This document shows, piece after piece, positions 1 through 9,481 of a DNA stretch of 64,000 nucleotides. The DNA comes from Candidatus Hydrogenedentota bacterium. GTDB taxonomy: Bacteria > Hydrogenedentota > Hydrogenedentia > Hydrogenedentales > SLHB01. The DNA is taken from positions 64,001 through 128,000 of the forward strand of contig CAVUWV010000008.1 of NCBI GenBank assembly GCA_963745075.1, read 5' to 3'. The translations under genes were made by a program, and so were the position numbers. Position 1 is the stretch's first letter; the number at the start of each line of letters is the position of its first letter. The notes under the pieces are model-generated. The model made no database searches. It saw only the letters and a list, made by a program, of their open reading frames with translations, and was not told where the DNA came from.

Positions 1-227
1 GTTGACCGGGCCGACGGATCGGGATTCGCGGCGGGTCGGGGATCGGGCCAGCAGTTCGCTTACGTCGCCCAAGCGCGAGCGGCTGGAAAATCCGGGGCAT
101 TGATTTTGCCGCTTTGCGTGGCTGCAACTCAAGAAAGAACGTGTCCGCTGTCGAAACTCTTTGATAATGTCCCCTGGAAAACTCATTAGAAATGTCCCCA
201 TGGTTGCGGCCTTAGAAAGGAGGCTGC

Positions 228-1490
228 GTGGAAGGGGACATTTTGATGAGTCGCAAGGAGCGTACGCGCAAGTCGGTGTTGGATCGTGTGAAGAGTGGTG
301 CGTTGAAGCTGCGTGAGGCGGCGGAGATGCTGGGGTTGAGCTACCGGCAGTGTAAGCGGGTGTATGCGCGGTATCGCCGGGAAGGAGATGTAGGGCTGGT
401 TCACCGGCGGCGCGGGAAGTCGTCTGCGCGGGCCAAGCCCCCGGAAATGCGGGAGAAGGTGCTGGCGCGTTACGAGGAGCGCTACAAGGGCATGGGTCCG
501 ACGTTGGCGGCCGAGAAGCTGGCGGAGGAGGGTTTGGTGCTGGACCACGAGACGCTGCGGCGCTGGCTGATTGCGGCGGGGCTTTGGCAACGAGCCCGCA
601 AACGGGGTCCCCATCGAACGCGGCGGCCGCGTAAGGAGCACTTCGGAGAGTTGGTCCAGTTCGACGGCAGTCACCACGCCTGGTTCGGTCCCGACTATCC
701 CCGAGCGTGTCTGATGAATCTGGTGGACGACGCCACGGGGCGTACCTTGGCTACGATGGATGTCCAAGAAACCACCGAGGCTGCCATGCGGACCCTGTGG
801 AAGTGGATTGAGCGTTACGGCGTCCCCAAGGCGCTGTATTGTGACCGCAAGACCGTATATGTCACGGAGCGCGAACCGACGGTGGAAGAGCAGTTGGCGG
901 ACGAAGAACCCTTGACCAGCTTCGGAAAAGCCTGTAAAAAGCTGGGAATTCAGATCATTACCGCCTACAGCCCTCAAGCCAAAGGCCGGGTGGAACGCAA
1001 TCACGGCGTCTATCAAGACCGCCTGTTCCACGAACTGCGCTTACGCCAAATCACCACCATTGAGCAGACCAATGCCTTACTGGAAAACGGCTTCGTCGAC
1101 CACCTCAACGAAAAGTTTGCCCGTCCCGCACAAAAGACGCATAACCTCCACCGTCGGCTCCCCAAGAACGTCGACCTGCGCGACGTGTTCTGCTTTGAAG
1201 AGTACCGTACCGTAGGCAATGACTGGACCGTTCGTCACCAAAACCGCTTTTTCCAAATACACAAAACCAAGAAGCACTTGCCCAAACCGAAGCACAAGGT
1301 CCTCGTACGCACTTGGCTCGATGGAAGCATTCACCTCGTGTACAACGGTCACAAACTCGACTATGAACAACTCGACGAACCGCCGTGCAGACCCGCCAAG
1401 CCCGCCGCGAAAAAGCCCAAGGCCAGCACCCCCCCATCAAAACCAAAACCCCGCCACGACCACCCATGGCGCAAGCGGCGCGTGGCATGA
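228..1490 (+). CDS. DDE transposase (IS1202/ISNCY, IS481-like integrase core)
   Basis: N-terminal HTH (LREAAEMLGLSYRQCKR); catalytic motifs VQFDGSHH, LVDDATG, LYCDRK, PQAKGRVERNH; C-terminal HPW motif. Confidence 0.92.
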   Translation: MEGDILMSRKERTRKSVLDRVKSGALKLREAAEMLGLSYRQCKRVYARYRREGDVGLVHRRRGKSSARAKPPEMREKVLARYEERYKGMGPTLAAEKLAEEGLVLDHETLRRWLIAAGLWQRARKRGPHRTRRPRKEHFGELVQFDGSHHAWFGPDYPRACLMNLVDDATGRTLATMDVQETTEAAMRTLWKWIERYGVPKALYCDRKTVYVTEREPTVEEQLADEEPLTSFGKACKKLGIQIITAYSPQAKGRVERNHGVYQDRLFHELRLRQITTIEQTNALLENGFVDHLNEKFARPAQKTHNLHRRLPKNVDLRDVFCFEEYRTVGNDWTVRHQNRFFQIHKTKKHLPKPKHKVLVRTWLDGSIHLVYNGHKLDYEQLDEPPCRPAKPAAKKPKASTPPSKPKPRHDHPWRKRRVA

Positions 1491-1553
1491 TGGCCAGTGG
1501 CATCGGAAAGAACCAATGAGTTTTTCGCTTTGCAGGATTCCGGTTACAAAAAG

Positions 1554-1589
1554 CCGGGACAGCCACCCCACCCGGGGTGGCTGTCCCGG
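1554..1589. repeat. Perfect 16-bp hairpin in the IS 3' non-coding region
   Basis: CCGGGACAGCCACCCC-accc-GGGGTGGCTGTCCCGG. Confidence 0.85.
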
Positions 1590-1843
1590 AACCGTCTATC
1601 CACCTGACGGGCGCTCAGGTCGCTCTCCAGCGTTGCCCTATCCTCCCGCCAAGTCCACCTACTGTAGCAGAAAACAAAAAACAGGGGACATTTCTAACGA
1701 GTTAACACCGGGGACATTTTAATCGAGCTTTGACAGAAAGAACGTGTCCGCAGATGGCGCAGATTGTCGCAGATGAAAGCAATACGATGAGGTTCCACAG
1801 ATCACACAGATTTTTACCGATGCAAGAAAAAGGCGAGAGTTGA

Positions 1844-2058
1844 GGATAGAGTATCACACGCTTCGCGTGACCGTGACTTAATTTAAGAAACGGGTATGGT
1901 GCGACTGGTTCAGGGAGGAACCCGCGAGAATCGCGACAGGGATTGGCCCTCTTGACTGTGACTTTGCAGAGTTCCGCCGACAAGCAGAATGCAGTATCGT
2001 CGGCGGACCCACCAGGAGCCTACCCGGGCGTCTTGCGACGGCCGGGCACTTGGTATCC
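1844..2058 (+). ncRNA. Candidate structured ncRNA (6S-like?)
   Basis: Nested complementary segments: GGATA/TATCC, CCGT/ACGG, CGGGTA/TACCCG, CTGGT/ACCAG, GGAAC/GTTCC, TCCGCCGAC/GTCGGCGGA. No convincing ORF. Confidence 0.3.
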
Positions 2059-2262
2059 GATCCGTAAATTCCTATGTAGCACCGGGCCTCAGATTCGTCG
2101 ACCGCGGTTGAGGAGTTTTTGGCCTTTGCAGCGATCACTATGAAATACGCAAGAACTGCGGCAGGGTGCGGTAGAGTTGTGCCCGGCGGGCGGACGCGCT
2201 AAGCTGGTGGGGCAACCACGGGAGAGCGGCGGCATTCATTCACCTATCGGGAGAGAACGACA

Positions 2263-2904
2263 ATGAATCGGTTGACCCGCATGATGATTCTCGCACTTGC
2301 CATTCTGGCCGTATTCTGGGCGCCTGCGGCCCGGGCCGATGTGTCCATCTCGATCACGATTTCGGGGAGTATCGAAGAATTGCTCCCGATTCTGCGGCAG
2401 TTGCAGACCATGGGGGTGGGCACGGGGACCTCGGATGAGGATCCGCTCAAGCTGAACGTCCACAGTGTGATGACGGGGGAAGACATGAATCTTCCGGAGG
2501 CCGCGTCCGCGCCCTCGGAAGCTGCCGCGCCCGCGCCGGAACCCCAACCCGAACCTCCGACGCTTGGTTTCAAAGAAGCGTCCGCGACCCCTGACACTGC
2601 GAAGGCGGGAGAGAGCGTGTTGTTTACGGCAGGGATCAGCGATCCCGACCACGTGGTGGACACGGTGGGGTTGACGGTGGGGGAGATTTCTTTCGATCTG
2701 TTCGATAACGGCGCGAATGGGGATCTCAAGGCCATGGACGGGGTCTGGTCGCGGAATTACGAGCTTCCCACGACGCTGGATCCGGGGGACTATGTGGCCA
2801 TGATCACGGCATACGACGTGAACGGCGCGCCGGTTTTGCGCGGCGAGGCGGAGAACAACCCCGAACCGGTTACGACGGAAGTCTCGTTCAAGGTCGTGAA
2901 ATAA
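2263..2904 (+). CDS. Secreted protein with choice-of-anchor X-like domain
   Basis: Signal peptide (..APAARA), Pro/Ala linker, motif LFDNGANGDLKAMDGVWS. Confidence 0.7.
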   Translation: MNRLTRMMILALAILAVFWAPAARADVSISITISGSIEELLPILRQLQTMGVGTGTSDEDPLKLNVHSVMTGEDMNLPEAASAPSEAAAPAPEPQPEPPTLGFKEASATPDTAKAGESVLFTAGISDPDHVVDTVGLTVGEISFDLFDNGANGDLKAMDGVWSRNYELPTTLDPGDYVAMITAYDVNGAPVLRGEAENNPEPVTTEVSFKVVK

Positions 2905-3091
2905 TTGTGCGGCCGTCGCAACAACTGACATAATTCCCCCGACGTTCCGAATTGAGTTGATGCAGGCAGCAGTAGTGGTAGTTCGAGGGACACGGCACTT
3001 TTCATAGCCTGCGCAAGATTATCGTTTGGGCCCGGGTGCCGGGCACTGGCCGTGCCCCTCTCTCCATGAAGTACAGGAGGCAGTACCGGAA

Positions 3092-4297
3092 ATGCGTGTC
3101 GCACGGTGTCCCGGCTTGCTCCTGGCGATCTGTGCAACCAACCTCTTCGCGTTTCCCATCTACGCCGCCGACGGCAACGAACTCATCGGAATAGGAGCCG
3201 TTCAAAGCGGGACCGCGGGCGCAGGGGTGGCCGCGCCCCAGGATTCGACGTGGGCGCTGTTGAATCCCGCATCTATCGTAGCACTCGATAAACGGCTCGA
3301 CCTGTCCATCGAGTTTCTCGATCTTTTCCGCGGCTCGGAACCGGAAGGGTTGAATATCGCCGTTAACCCGCACGCGTATCACCTCACCGACCACGGTATG
3401 ATTACCATCCCATCCTTCGGGATGATCTGGCCACTCGAGCACGGCACGCTGGGCTTCGGCCTGTTCGGGGTCCAGGGGAACAACGCCGACTACGATCGAC
3501 CGCGGACGACGCTGGGCCTTTCCCGGGGCAACGACCGGCGGTCCGAGTGGCAGGTCGCCAAGATTCCCATCTCGTACGGATATCAATTCGACAACGGCTG
3601 GGCCGTCGGTGGATCGGTACTTGGCCTAGTGACCGAGTTTCGCACGGACTCGCTTACGTTGAAGCTGCGCCCCACCGAGGGCAACTACGAAAAGGACTGG
3701 GCCCTCGGCATCGGTCTGCAACTCAGCCTCTACAAGGAGTGGGACCGTTTCCGTTTTGGAGCTACGTGGACGTCGCGTCAGGCGGTCCAGCAGTATGACG
3801 AGTACGAAGACATCATCAAGTGGAACCTCGATCTCCCGCAGAAGGTCCAGGTCGGCGTTGGCTGGAAGGTCACGCCCAAGCTGGAATTGCTTGCCGACTA
3901 TAAATGGCAGGACTGGTCGAGAATCAACCAGCTCTCCAAGAAGACGATTAGCGGCGGGCTGGGCTGGATCGACCAGAACATTTTCAAGGTCGGTGCGATT
4001 TACCAGTACAACGACGTATGGACCTTTCGAGCCGGGTTCTCGCACGGGAACGCGCCCGTCACCGAAGAGTTCGTTTTTGCCAACGCCCTTTCACCGGCCA
4101 TCGCCGAGGATCACTTCGCGATGGGCTTTTCCCACCGGCTCAACGATCACCACCAAATCCACCTCGCGTGGACCCACACCTTTGCACGAGATTTGACGGA
4201 CAACGGCCGCGGCGATCTGTTCTCGAAACTGGGGAAGGGCACCAAGATCGAGTACGAGGCGGACGCGTACGTGTTCCAGTACACGTTTATGTTCTGA
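3092..4297 (+). CDS. OmpP1/FadL/TodX family outer-membrane transporter
   Basis: AGGAGG upstream of ATG 3092; hatch motif GAVQSGTAGAGVA..D...LLNPA; beta-barrel strands; terminal Phe (YTFMF). Confidence 0.85.
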   Translation: MRVARCPGLLLAICATNLFAFPIYAADGNELIGIGAVQSGTAGAGVAAPQDSTWALLNPASIVALDKRLDLSIEFLDLFRGSEPEGLNIAVNPHAYHLTDHGMITIPSFGMIWPLEHGTLGFGLFGVQGNNADYDRPRTTLGLSRGNDRRSEWQVAKIPISYGYQFDNGWAVGGSVLGLVTEFRTDSLTLKLRPTEGNYEKDWALGIGLQLSLYKEWDRFRFGATWTSRQAVQQYDEYEDIIKWNLDLPQKVQVGVGWKVTPKLELLADYKWQDWSRINQLSKKTISGGLGWIDQNIFKVGAIYQYNDVWTFRAGFSHGNAPVTEEFVFANALSPAIAEDHFAMGFSHRLNDHHQIHLAWTHTFARDLTDNGRGDLFSKLGKGTKIEYEADAYVFQYTFMF

Positions 4298-4375
4298 CCA
4301 TCGATAAGTCCGTCCCGACTCTGGGACGGATTTCGGAGTAGATGGAGTCGAATAGAAGACACCGGGGGCGGCAGG

Positions 4376-5299
4376 CTATTCGGTGTCTTCGGCTTCGTAG
4401 AAGGTGGGATCGATGCGGACGAAGTGGCGCAGCATCAGTTCGGCAACAAGACCGAGGCTTACGGTGAGGGCGGCGGTGGCGCCGAGAATGACGCCGCCGG
4501 TGATAAAGATGGTGGCCGAGGTCTGGGCGTGCCCGAAGACTCCTTCCATTACGCCCGCAAGTAATGCGACGGCGGAAACGGCAAACTGCGTCATGCCGAG
4601 TTTTCCGAAGAAATGACCGGGTGCATGGCGGTAGCGGCTGAGGAACCACATGGTTAAGACGTCCAGCGCGCCGCGCGAGAAGCGCTCGAAGCCGTACTTG
4701 GACTTGCCGTAGCGGCGGCGGTGATGCTCGACGGGGATTTCGGCCACGCGGTAGTTCATGCTGTGGGCCAGCACCGGAATTAGCCGGTGCATCTCGCCGT
4801 AAAGTTGGATGTGTTTGACCACGTCGAGCCGCAGCAACTTGAACCCGCAATTCACGTCGTGCAAGGGAACATCGAACAGCCAGGAGACGAAGCCGTTGTA
4901 GATCCGCGACGGCACCGTCTTGTGCAGGGGATCGTGGCGCTTGGCTTTCCAGCCGCAGACCACGTCGCACCCTTCCTCTAACTTTTCCAGGAACCGGGGG
5001 ATTTCCTTGGGGTCGTCCTGCAGGTCGGAGTCCATGGTGAAGACCAGATCGCCATCGGCCCGGGCGAACCCGGCGGCGAGGGCGGCGGACTTCCCGAAGT
5101 TGCCGCGCAACCGGATGATCTTGACCGTGTCGAACCGGTCGCGCAGTTCGCACATGACCTCGAAGGACCCGTCCGTGCTGCCGTCGTCGACGAGCAAAAT
5201 ACGGTGGGCGTGGGGCGCGACGTGTTCGGTAATCCCTTCCACCAGGGGCACCAGGGTCTCGCGCTCGTTGTAGACCGGAATGACGAATGTGATGTTCAT
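4376..5299 (-). CDS. Glycosyltransferase family 2 (ArnC/DPM1-like polyprenol-phosphate glycosyltransferase)
   Basis: VIPVYNE, VDDGSTD, NFGKSAAL, MDSDLQDDP, two C-terminal TM helices. Confidence 0.9.
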   Translation of the reverse strand: MNITFVIPVYNERETLVPLVEGITEHVAPHAHRILLVDDGSTDGSFEVMCELRDRFDTVKIIRLRGNFGKSAALAAGFARADGDLVFTMDSDLQDDPKEIPRFLEKLEEGCDVVCGWKAKRHDPLHKTVPSRIYNGFVSWLFDVPLHDVNCGFKLLRLDVVKHIQLYGEMHRLIPVLAHSMNYRVAEIPVEHHRRRYGKSKYGFERFSRGALDVLTMWFLSRYRHAPGHFFGKLGMTQFAVSAVALLAGVMEGVFGHAQTSATIFITGGVILGATAALTVSLGLVAELMLRHFVRIDPTFYEAEDTE

Positions 5300-5646
5300 G
5301 GGCGTCCCAACTGCTTGATTCGCCGCATTGTAGCACGGGCGCAGGGCCGGGCCAATCGGGGGGTACTCGTCATTCGTGAGGACCGGGAAGATGCCGGACT
5401 CTGGCGTTGTTCCTGTCGAGGAGAATGAAGAGCCAAGCTGGAGCCCGGCGCTCCCAGTGGGGCTGTTCTTAGTACCACTCGGTCCCCAAGGTCGATCGGG
5501 GCACCATGGGAAAGCGGCGTACCGTTGAGCGTGCGTTGTGTGTTTGAGTAAATCCGACCCGTGTGGTGGTGTTTTGGTTCCTGGTAACCCGGTACTACCT
5601 TCATTTTCATCGGGATTGGTCTAACTAAGCTGCAAGAGGAATCCGC

Positions 5647-6058
5647 GTGCATCGTTCTCGTGCAACGACGCGTGCCACGGCACGTCTGATCGTTTGTCTC
5701 TATGTGCTCGCTTCGTGCCGTGCGCTGGTACCCGGGACTGTGCGCGACGCAGGCCGCAATGGAGGCCGCGCACCAAGATGCCGCGGAAGCGTCCGTCGCG
5801 GGGGCCCATTCTTGTTGCTCCCTCGCGAAACCTCCCCAGGACTGGTCCGACAAGTCCCCGGCGCCCAGCGCCCCAAAGGTTCGGTGCGCGTTCTGTGAAC
5901 TCGCCAAGGGTCTCGTGACGCCGTCGGCCTACGTCACGGTCTATGTCGACACGGAGACCTTGGTCGAGACCACGCCGATTGCCCACGTCCATCGATTCGC
6001 GTCCCGCTTGTGGGATCCGAGTCTCGCCCGCGATCCTCCCCTGCCGTACCTCGTCTAA
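5647..6058 (+). CDS. DUF2946-like CxxC / R-x-P-P leader protein (one-base frameshift near 5735)
   Basis: Frame from 5647 gives hydrophobic LIVCLYVLASCRALVPG. Removing one G from CCCGGGA joins it to LCATQ...HSCCS...CAFCELAK...ARDPPLPYLV*. Confidence 0.6.
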
Positions 6059-6106
6059 ATAGCTGCCGGTTGCCTTGAACTGTGGAGCAAGAGGCGCTCC
6101 GCGTCA

Positions 6107-6193
6107 CGCGTCATTCTGAGCGAACGCGAAGAATCCCTTTGTTCCGGGATGGCGTGCCGTGTGAGATTCTTCGCGTTCGCTCAGAATGACGCG
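6107..6193. repeat. REP-like palindrome with perfect 29-bp arms
   Basis: CGCGTCATTCTGAGCGAACGCGAAGAATC (6107-6135) and its exact reverse complement (6165-6193). Confidence 0.85.
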
Positions 6194-6314
6194 ACGGATT
6201 GTCACGAGCCGGCCGGCTACCTATCACCCCCCAACAGAATCGAGTTCCCCAATTGGTATGGCACAACTGCGCCGCGCCCTCCCCCTGGCGTGGCGCGTGG
6301 AGGATGTCTGAATT

Positions 6315-7235
6315 ATGCATCGCAAAGGATTTACGTTAATTGAACTGCTGGTGGTCATCGCCATCATCGGTATTTTGGCGGCCATTTTGTTGCCGGCCTT
6401 GGCCCGCGCGCGGGAAGCGGCACGGCGGAGCGCCTGTCAAAACAACCTGAAGCAGATGGGGCTGGTGTTCAAGATGTACGCCGGCGAAAGTGCGAGCGCG
6501 AAATTTCCCCCGATCCGCTCGACTTACTGCAACGGTGACCCGGTCTTGTTCGACCAGATGATGAACGTGGCGACGGTCTACCCGGAGTATCTCACGGACT
6601 TCAATGTGCTGATCTGCCCGAGCACGCTCGAAAACGGAAACGCGCTCGAACTCTGGGATCAGCGTCCCAACAACAGTCCCGTCGGCATGGCGGACTATAT
6701 GGAGATGTCGCCGGAGGGCGCCGTCCTCACAGGTGACGGCCGAGTCGAGCCGTGTGAAGTCACCGGCGCGGTGCCGTACTCCTACCTCGGTTGGGCCTTG
6801 TCGGAAGACATGATGGATCTCGTGTCCACCATGCCGCTGATGACGGACATCAATGACCACGCCGCGGACTGGGACCTGAGCACGGACGATGCCATCGAGG
6901 CCGCGGACAGCGACTGGGAGTTTTCGATGCCTATCAATGGGTACGACGTCGCGCTGCGATTGCGGGAAGGCGTGGAACGGTTCTTTATCACGGACATCAA
7001 CAACCCGGCGGGTAGCGCGGTCGGCCAGTCGGAACTCCCCGTCATGTGGGACGCCATCGCCATGGGCGCGGCCATGTTCAACCACGTCCCCGGTGGCGCG
7101 AACGTCTTGTATCTGGACGGCCACGTGGAGTACCAGGGCTGGAATGGCGGCGAAGGTCGGTTCCCCCTGAACCAGGCCGGCCTGCAATTCCACCGCTCGA
7201 ACCACATGCTCAACGGGACTTCGATGGGTATGTAG
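6315..7235 (+). CDS. DUF1559 prepilin-type N-terminal cleavage/methylation protein with H-X9-DG motif
   Basis: [43 protein letters not shown]-terminal [18 protein letters not shown]. Confidence 0.92.
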   Translation: MHRKGFTLIELLVVIAIIGILAAILLPALARAREAARRSACQNNLKQMGLVFKMYAGESASAKFPPIRSTYCNGDPVLFDQMMNVATVYPEYLTDFNVLICPSTLENGNALELWDQRPNNSPVGMADYMEMSPEGAVLTGDGRVEPCEVTGAVPYSYLGWALSEDMMDLVSTMPLMTDINDHAADWDLSTDDAIEAADSDWEFSMPINGYDVALRLREGVERFFITDINNPAGSAVGQSELPVMWDAIAMGAAMFNHVPGGANVLYLDGHVEYQGWNGGEGRFPLNQAGLQFHRSNHMLNGTSMGM

Positions 7236-7244
7236 GAATACCCT

Positions 7245-7278
7245 GGGGGAACCTTTTCTCGGCAGAAAAGGTTCCCCC
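7245..7278. repeat. 14-bp perfect hairpin (REP-like / possible terminator between convergent genes)
   Basis: GGGGGAACCTTTTC-tcggca-GAAAAGGTTCCCCC. Confidence 0.7.
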
Positions 7279-7333
7279 AGACCCCTTCCAAAAGACTTTT
7301 ACGTTCGCTTCTCGCAAATGATGCGGCGGGAGA

Positions 7334-9229
7334 TCAGGGTAGTAGCATTAGGATCGCGGGTTTGTCGGGCAGCGGCTGATCGAATCCGCCTTGTACGTAG
7401 ATCGCGAAATCAAATCCCAGAGCTTTCCAGGCCGCGACGTATTCGGAGCTTTGGTCGACCGAGTTTGGCTTGTCTCGATGCAATCGCGCGTCAACCGCAC
7501 CGTCCGGAGCCCGGACAATTTCCCACCAAGTCGGGCCCGAATGGATGCCGTTAGTGGCGAGTGGCGCAGGGCGGGCATCGTGCGTCAACCAAAAGACGTT
7601 TGGGATACCGGCTTTCATTCGGTCCAAATCAACGACGGTGCAAGTGCCGAGATTGGTCCCAAAACGAATCGCTGCGACAACCGGCAGTTTCTGATTCGGG
7701 AGAGAATTGGGCTCAATATGCAAACCCCAGTTCTTCAGGAGGTTCCAGATACGATCTGGCCGTAAAGACGAATTCTCGATCAGATGTTGGTCGCACCCCA
7801 ACACGGTGGACATTATCAGCAGAAGAGGAAGTTCTCTATCAGGCATCCCTGCATTGTCGCGCAGTACCCTGGCCTTTTGGGTGAGCAGTGCCAGCGCCGA
7901 GGCCTCCTTTCCCGCAGCGATGAGCGCCAATTCGTACGCATATTCCTGGTCCGGATTCGGCACGGTCGAACAATAGTCGCGAAGACGTACGAGATATGCG
8001 TCAAGCTCAGACTCGGACGGCGGCGGCAATACCGGCCACCCTTTCCGAAAGACATGGAGTCCCAGTCGGAAGTCTTCCGCCGACTCGTAAGGGAATCCGA
8101 ACTCGAGCGCGAGACGCGCGCTCCAGAGTCTAGTCCGCCGTTCCTCATGCCAAGAGCGTACAAGTGACAACCGTTTCCACGCGCGGTCGAGGCGATTCGC
8201 TTGCACATCCTTCCGCAGTTGGACTTCATAGTTGCGAGGGTCGTCCGCATTCGCGGGATACACGCGCAGGAGATTGAGTCCGAGCAGCGCGATGGCGGGT
8301 AAAATGCAGATCGTTGCTGGCAGCGTTCGGTATTCTGGTATGTGCGAATTGTCCCCGCGTCCTGCCAATAGTGCGAGGACGATGAGAATCTCTGGGAACG
8401 ACAATTGCTCGGCCAAGAGCAGCAAGCCCACGAAGGCCACACTTACGAAGAACACCCCGGTCCGAACGCCTCGTTCGCGTTCGCGCCGCGAAACGGCAAT
8501 GCGTGCTGTCGTACGCGCCGCCAGCCATAGCAGAATCAGCAAGAATGCCGCGTGTATCACTCCCGGTGCGTGCAACTCCGGCAACGTGATCCACCAGTGC
8601 TTTGCCCCGATGCCAAGCGCCACGACAAACAGCGGTACCACAAATGCGCCGATGACCGGCACCGCGACGGTCCGGGGTACGCGTGGTTCTCCGAGCCAAC
8701 CGGCAAACACAACAAACAGGCATACGATCAACGTGAGCGCGTACTCCCAGAACGCCTCCGATGACGCAATCATGGGCGCGACGACAATGCCGGGCGGTGC
8801 AAAGTAAAGAAACGATTGGTACGGCAAGGCGTTGATCGCCGAAATAAAAAAATTCACCGCAGCCAGACCGACGAGAATCGTACCGGCCGTCGCCGTGGTG
8901 CGCAGGCATGAGGTCACGAATCGCTCGCCCCGGGCGAACTGCACGACGGCCACAAACAGCCCTAAGCCGATGGAATACTGAAGGGGGTGCTCGATCTGCG
9001 GATCGAACCAGACGAGGACAATCGCAACCGTTACCGGCCACACCAACTCGAAGGGCGGGCGGTGGTCGCGGTGTTGGATGGCGTCGATAAGGGCGAGGAC
9101 CACGACCACGGCGCCGGCGGCCGGCAGCAGCGTGACATCCAGAACCGGGATATACACTATCGCGCCGAAGGGCCAGGCAAAGGCCAGCATGAGGATCAGC
9201 GCGCGCGCGATGCTGGGGATCTCGCGCAT
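7334..9229 (-). CDS. Polytopic membrane protein with soluble C-terminal domain (possibly O-antigen ligase/polymerase-like)
   Basis: About 10 hydrophobic segments after MREIPSIARAL; next to GT4 and flippase; start coupled to upstream small ORF (TGATG). Confidence 0.6.
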   Translation of the reverse strand: MREIPSIARALILMLAFAWPFGAIVYIPVLDVTLLPAAGAVVVVLALIDAIQHRDHRPPFELVWPVTVAIVLVWFDPQIEHPLQYSIGLGLFVAVVQFARGERFVTSCLRTTATAGTILVGLAAVNFFISAINALPYQSFLYFAPPGIVVAPMIASSEAFWEYALTLIVCLFVVFAGWLGEPRVPRTVAVPVIGAFVVPLFVVALGIGAKHWWITLPELHAPGVIHAAFLLILLWLAARTTARIAVSRRERERGVRTGVFFVSVAFVGLLLLAEQLSFPEILIVLALLAGRGDNSHIPEYRTLPATICILPAIALLGLNLLRVYPANADDPRNYEVQLRKDVQANRLDRAWKRLSLVRSWHEERRTRLWSARLALEFGFPYESAEDFRLGLHVFRKGWPVLPPPSESELDAYLVRLRDYCSTVPNPDQEYAYELALIAAGKEASALALLTQKARVLRDNAGMPDRELPLLLIMSTVLGCDQHLIENSSLRPDRIWNLLKNWGLHIEPNSLPNQKLPVVAAIRFGTNLGTCTVVDLDRMKAGIPNVFWLTHDARPAPLATNGIHSGPTWWEIVRAPDGAVDARLHRDKPNSVDQSSEYVAAWKALGFDFAIYVQGGFDQPLPDKPAILMLLP

Positions 9230-9396
9230 CACTCGACCGGCTCCGCAATGGCCGGTTTTGGCGCCGGGGCGGGCGTCGCCGGGCGGCTCGCCCAGACGAG
9301 GAGCCCGTACAACACGGCGACGACGATCAGCAGCACGGCGGCCAGCTTCACCGCCAGGCGGCGTTCCGCGCGCGCCCGTTCGATGGCGTCCATCAT
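9229..9396 (-). CDS. Small single-TM protein (55 aa), absent from ORF track
   Basis: MMDAIERARAERRLAVKLAAVLLIVVAVLYGLLVWASRPATPAPAPKPAIAEPVE*; stop overlaps the next ATG. Confidence 0.6.
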   Translation of the reverse strand: MMDAIERARAERRLAVKLAAVLLIVVAVLYGLLVWASRPATPAPAPKPAIAEPVE

Positions 9397-9481
9397 GGTC
9401 GATTCTCACTCCGCAGTTGGTCGGGTATGAGGCTACCGCTGTGGATGGGCGGAAGTAAACCTCGATGGGTGTGGGGATGAA

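Larger units (their letters stand above)
149..1735 (+). mobile_element. Insertion sequence, IS1202 family (former ISNCY group), 1587 bp, apparently intact
   Basis: Ends TGTC...GACA. Imperfect ~51-bp terminal inverted repeats (149-199, 1684-1735), each with two AATGTCCCC copies. Exact 16-bp direct repeat GAAAGAACGTGTCCGC at 133-148 and 1736-1751. Single DDE transposase inside. Confidence 0.9.

Noticed and set aside
1..132. Partial gene at the window edge
   Set aside because: Too short to assign strand or product
186..1031. Antisense ORF in the transposase, and similar long shadow ORFs (35307-37040, 40973-42691, 47427-49103, 24907-26754)
   Set aside because: Alternative-frame artefacts of high-GC coding DNA overlapping well-supported genes
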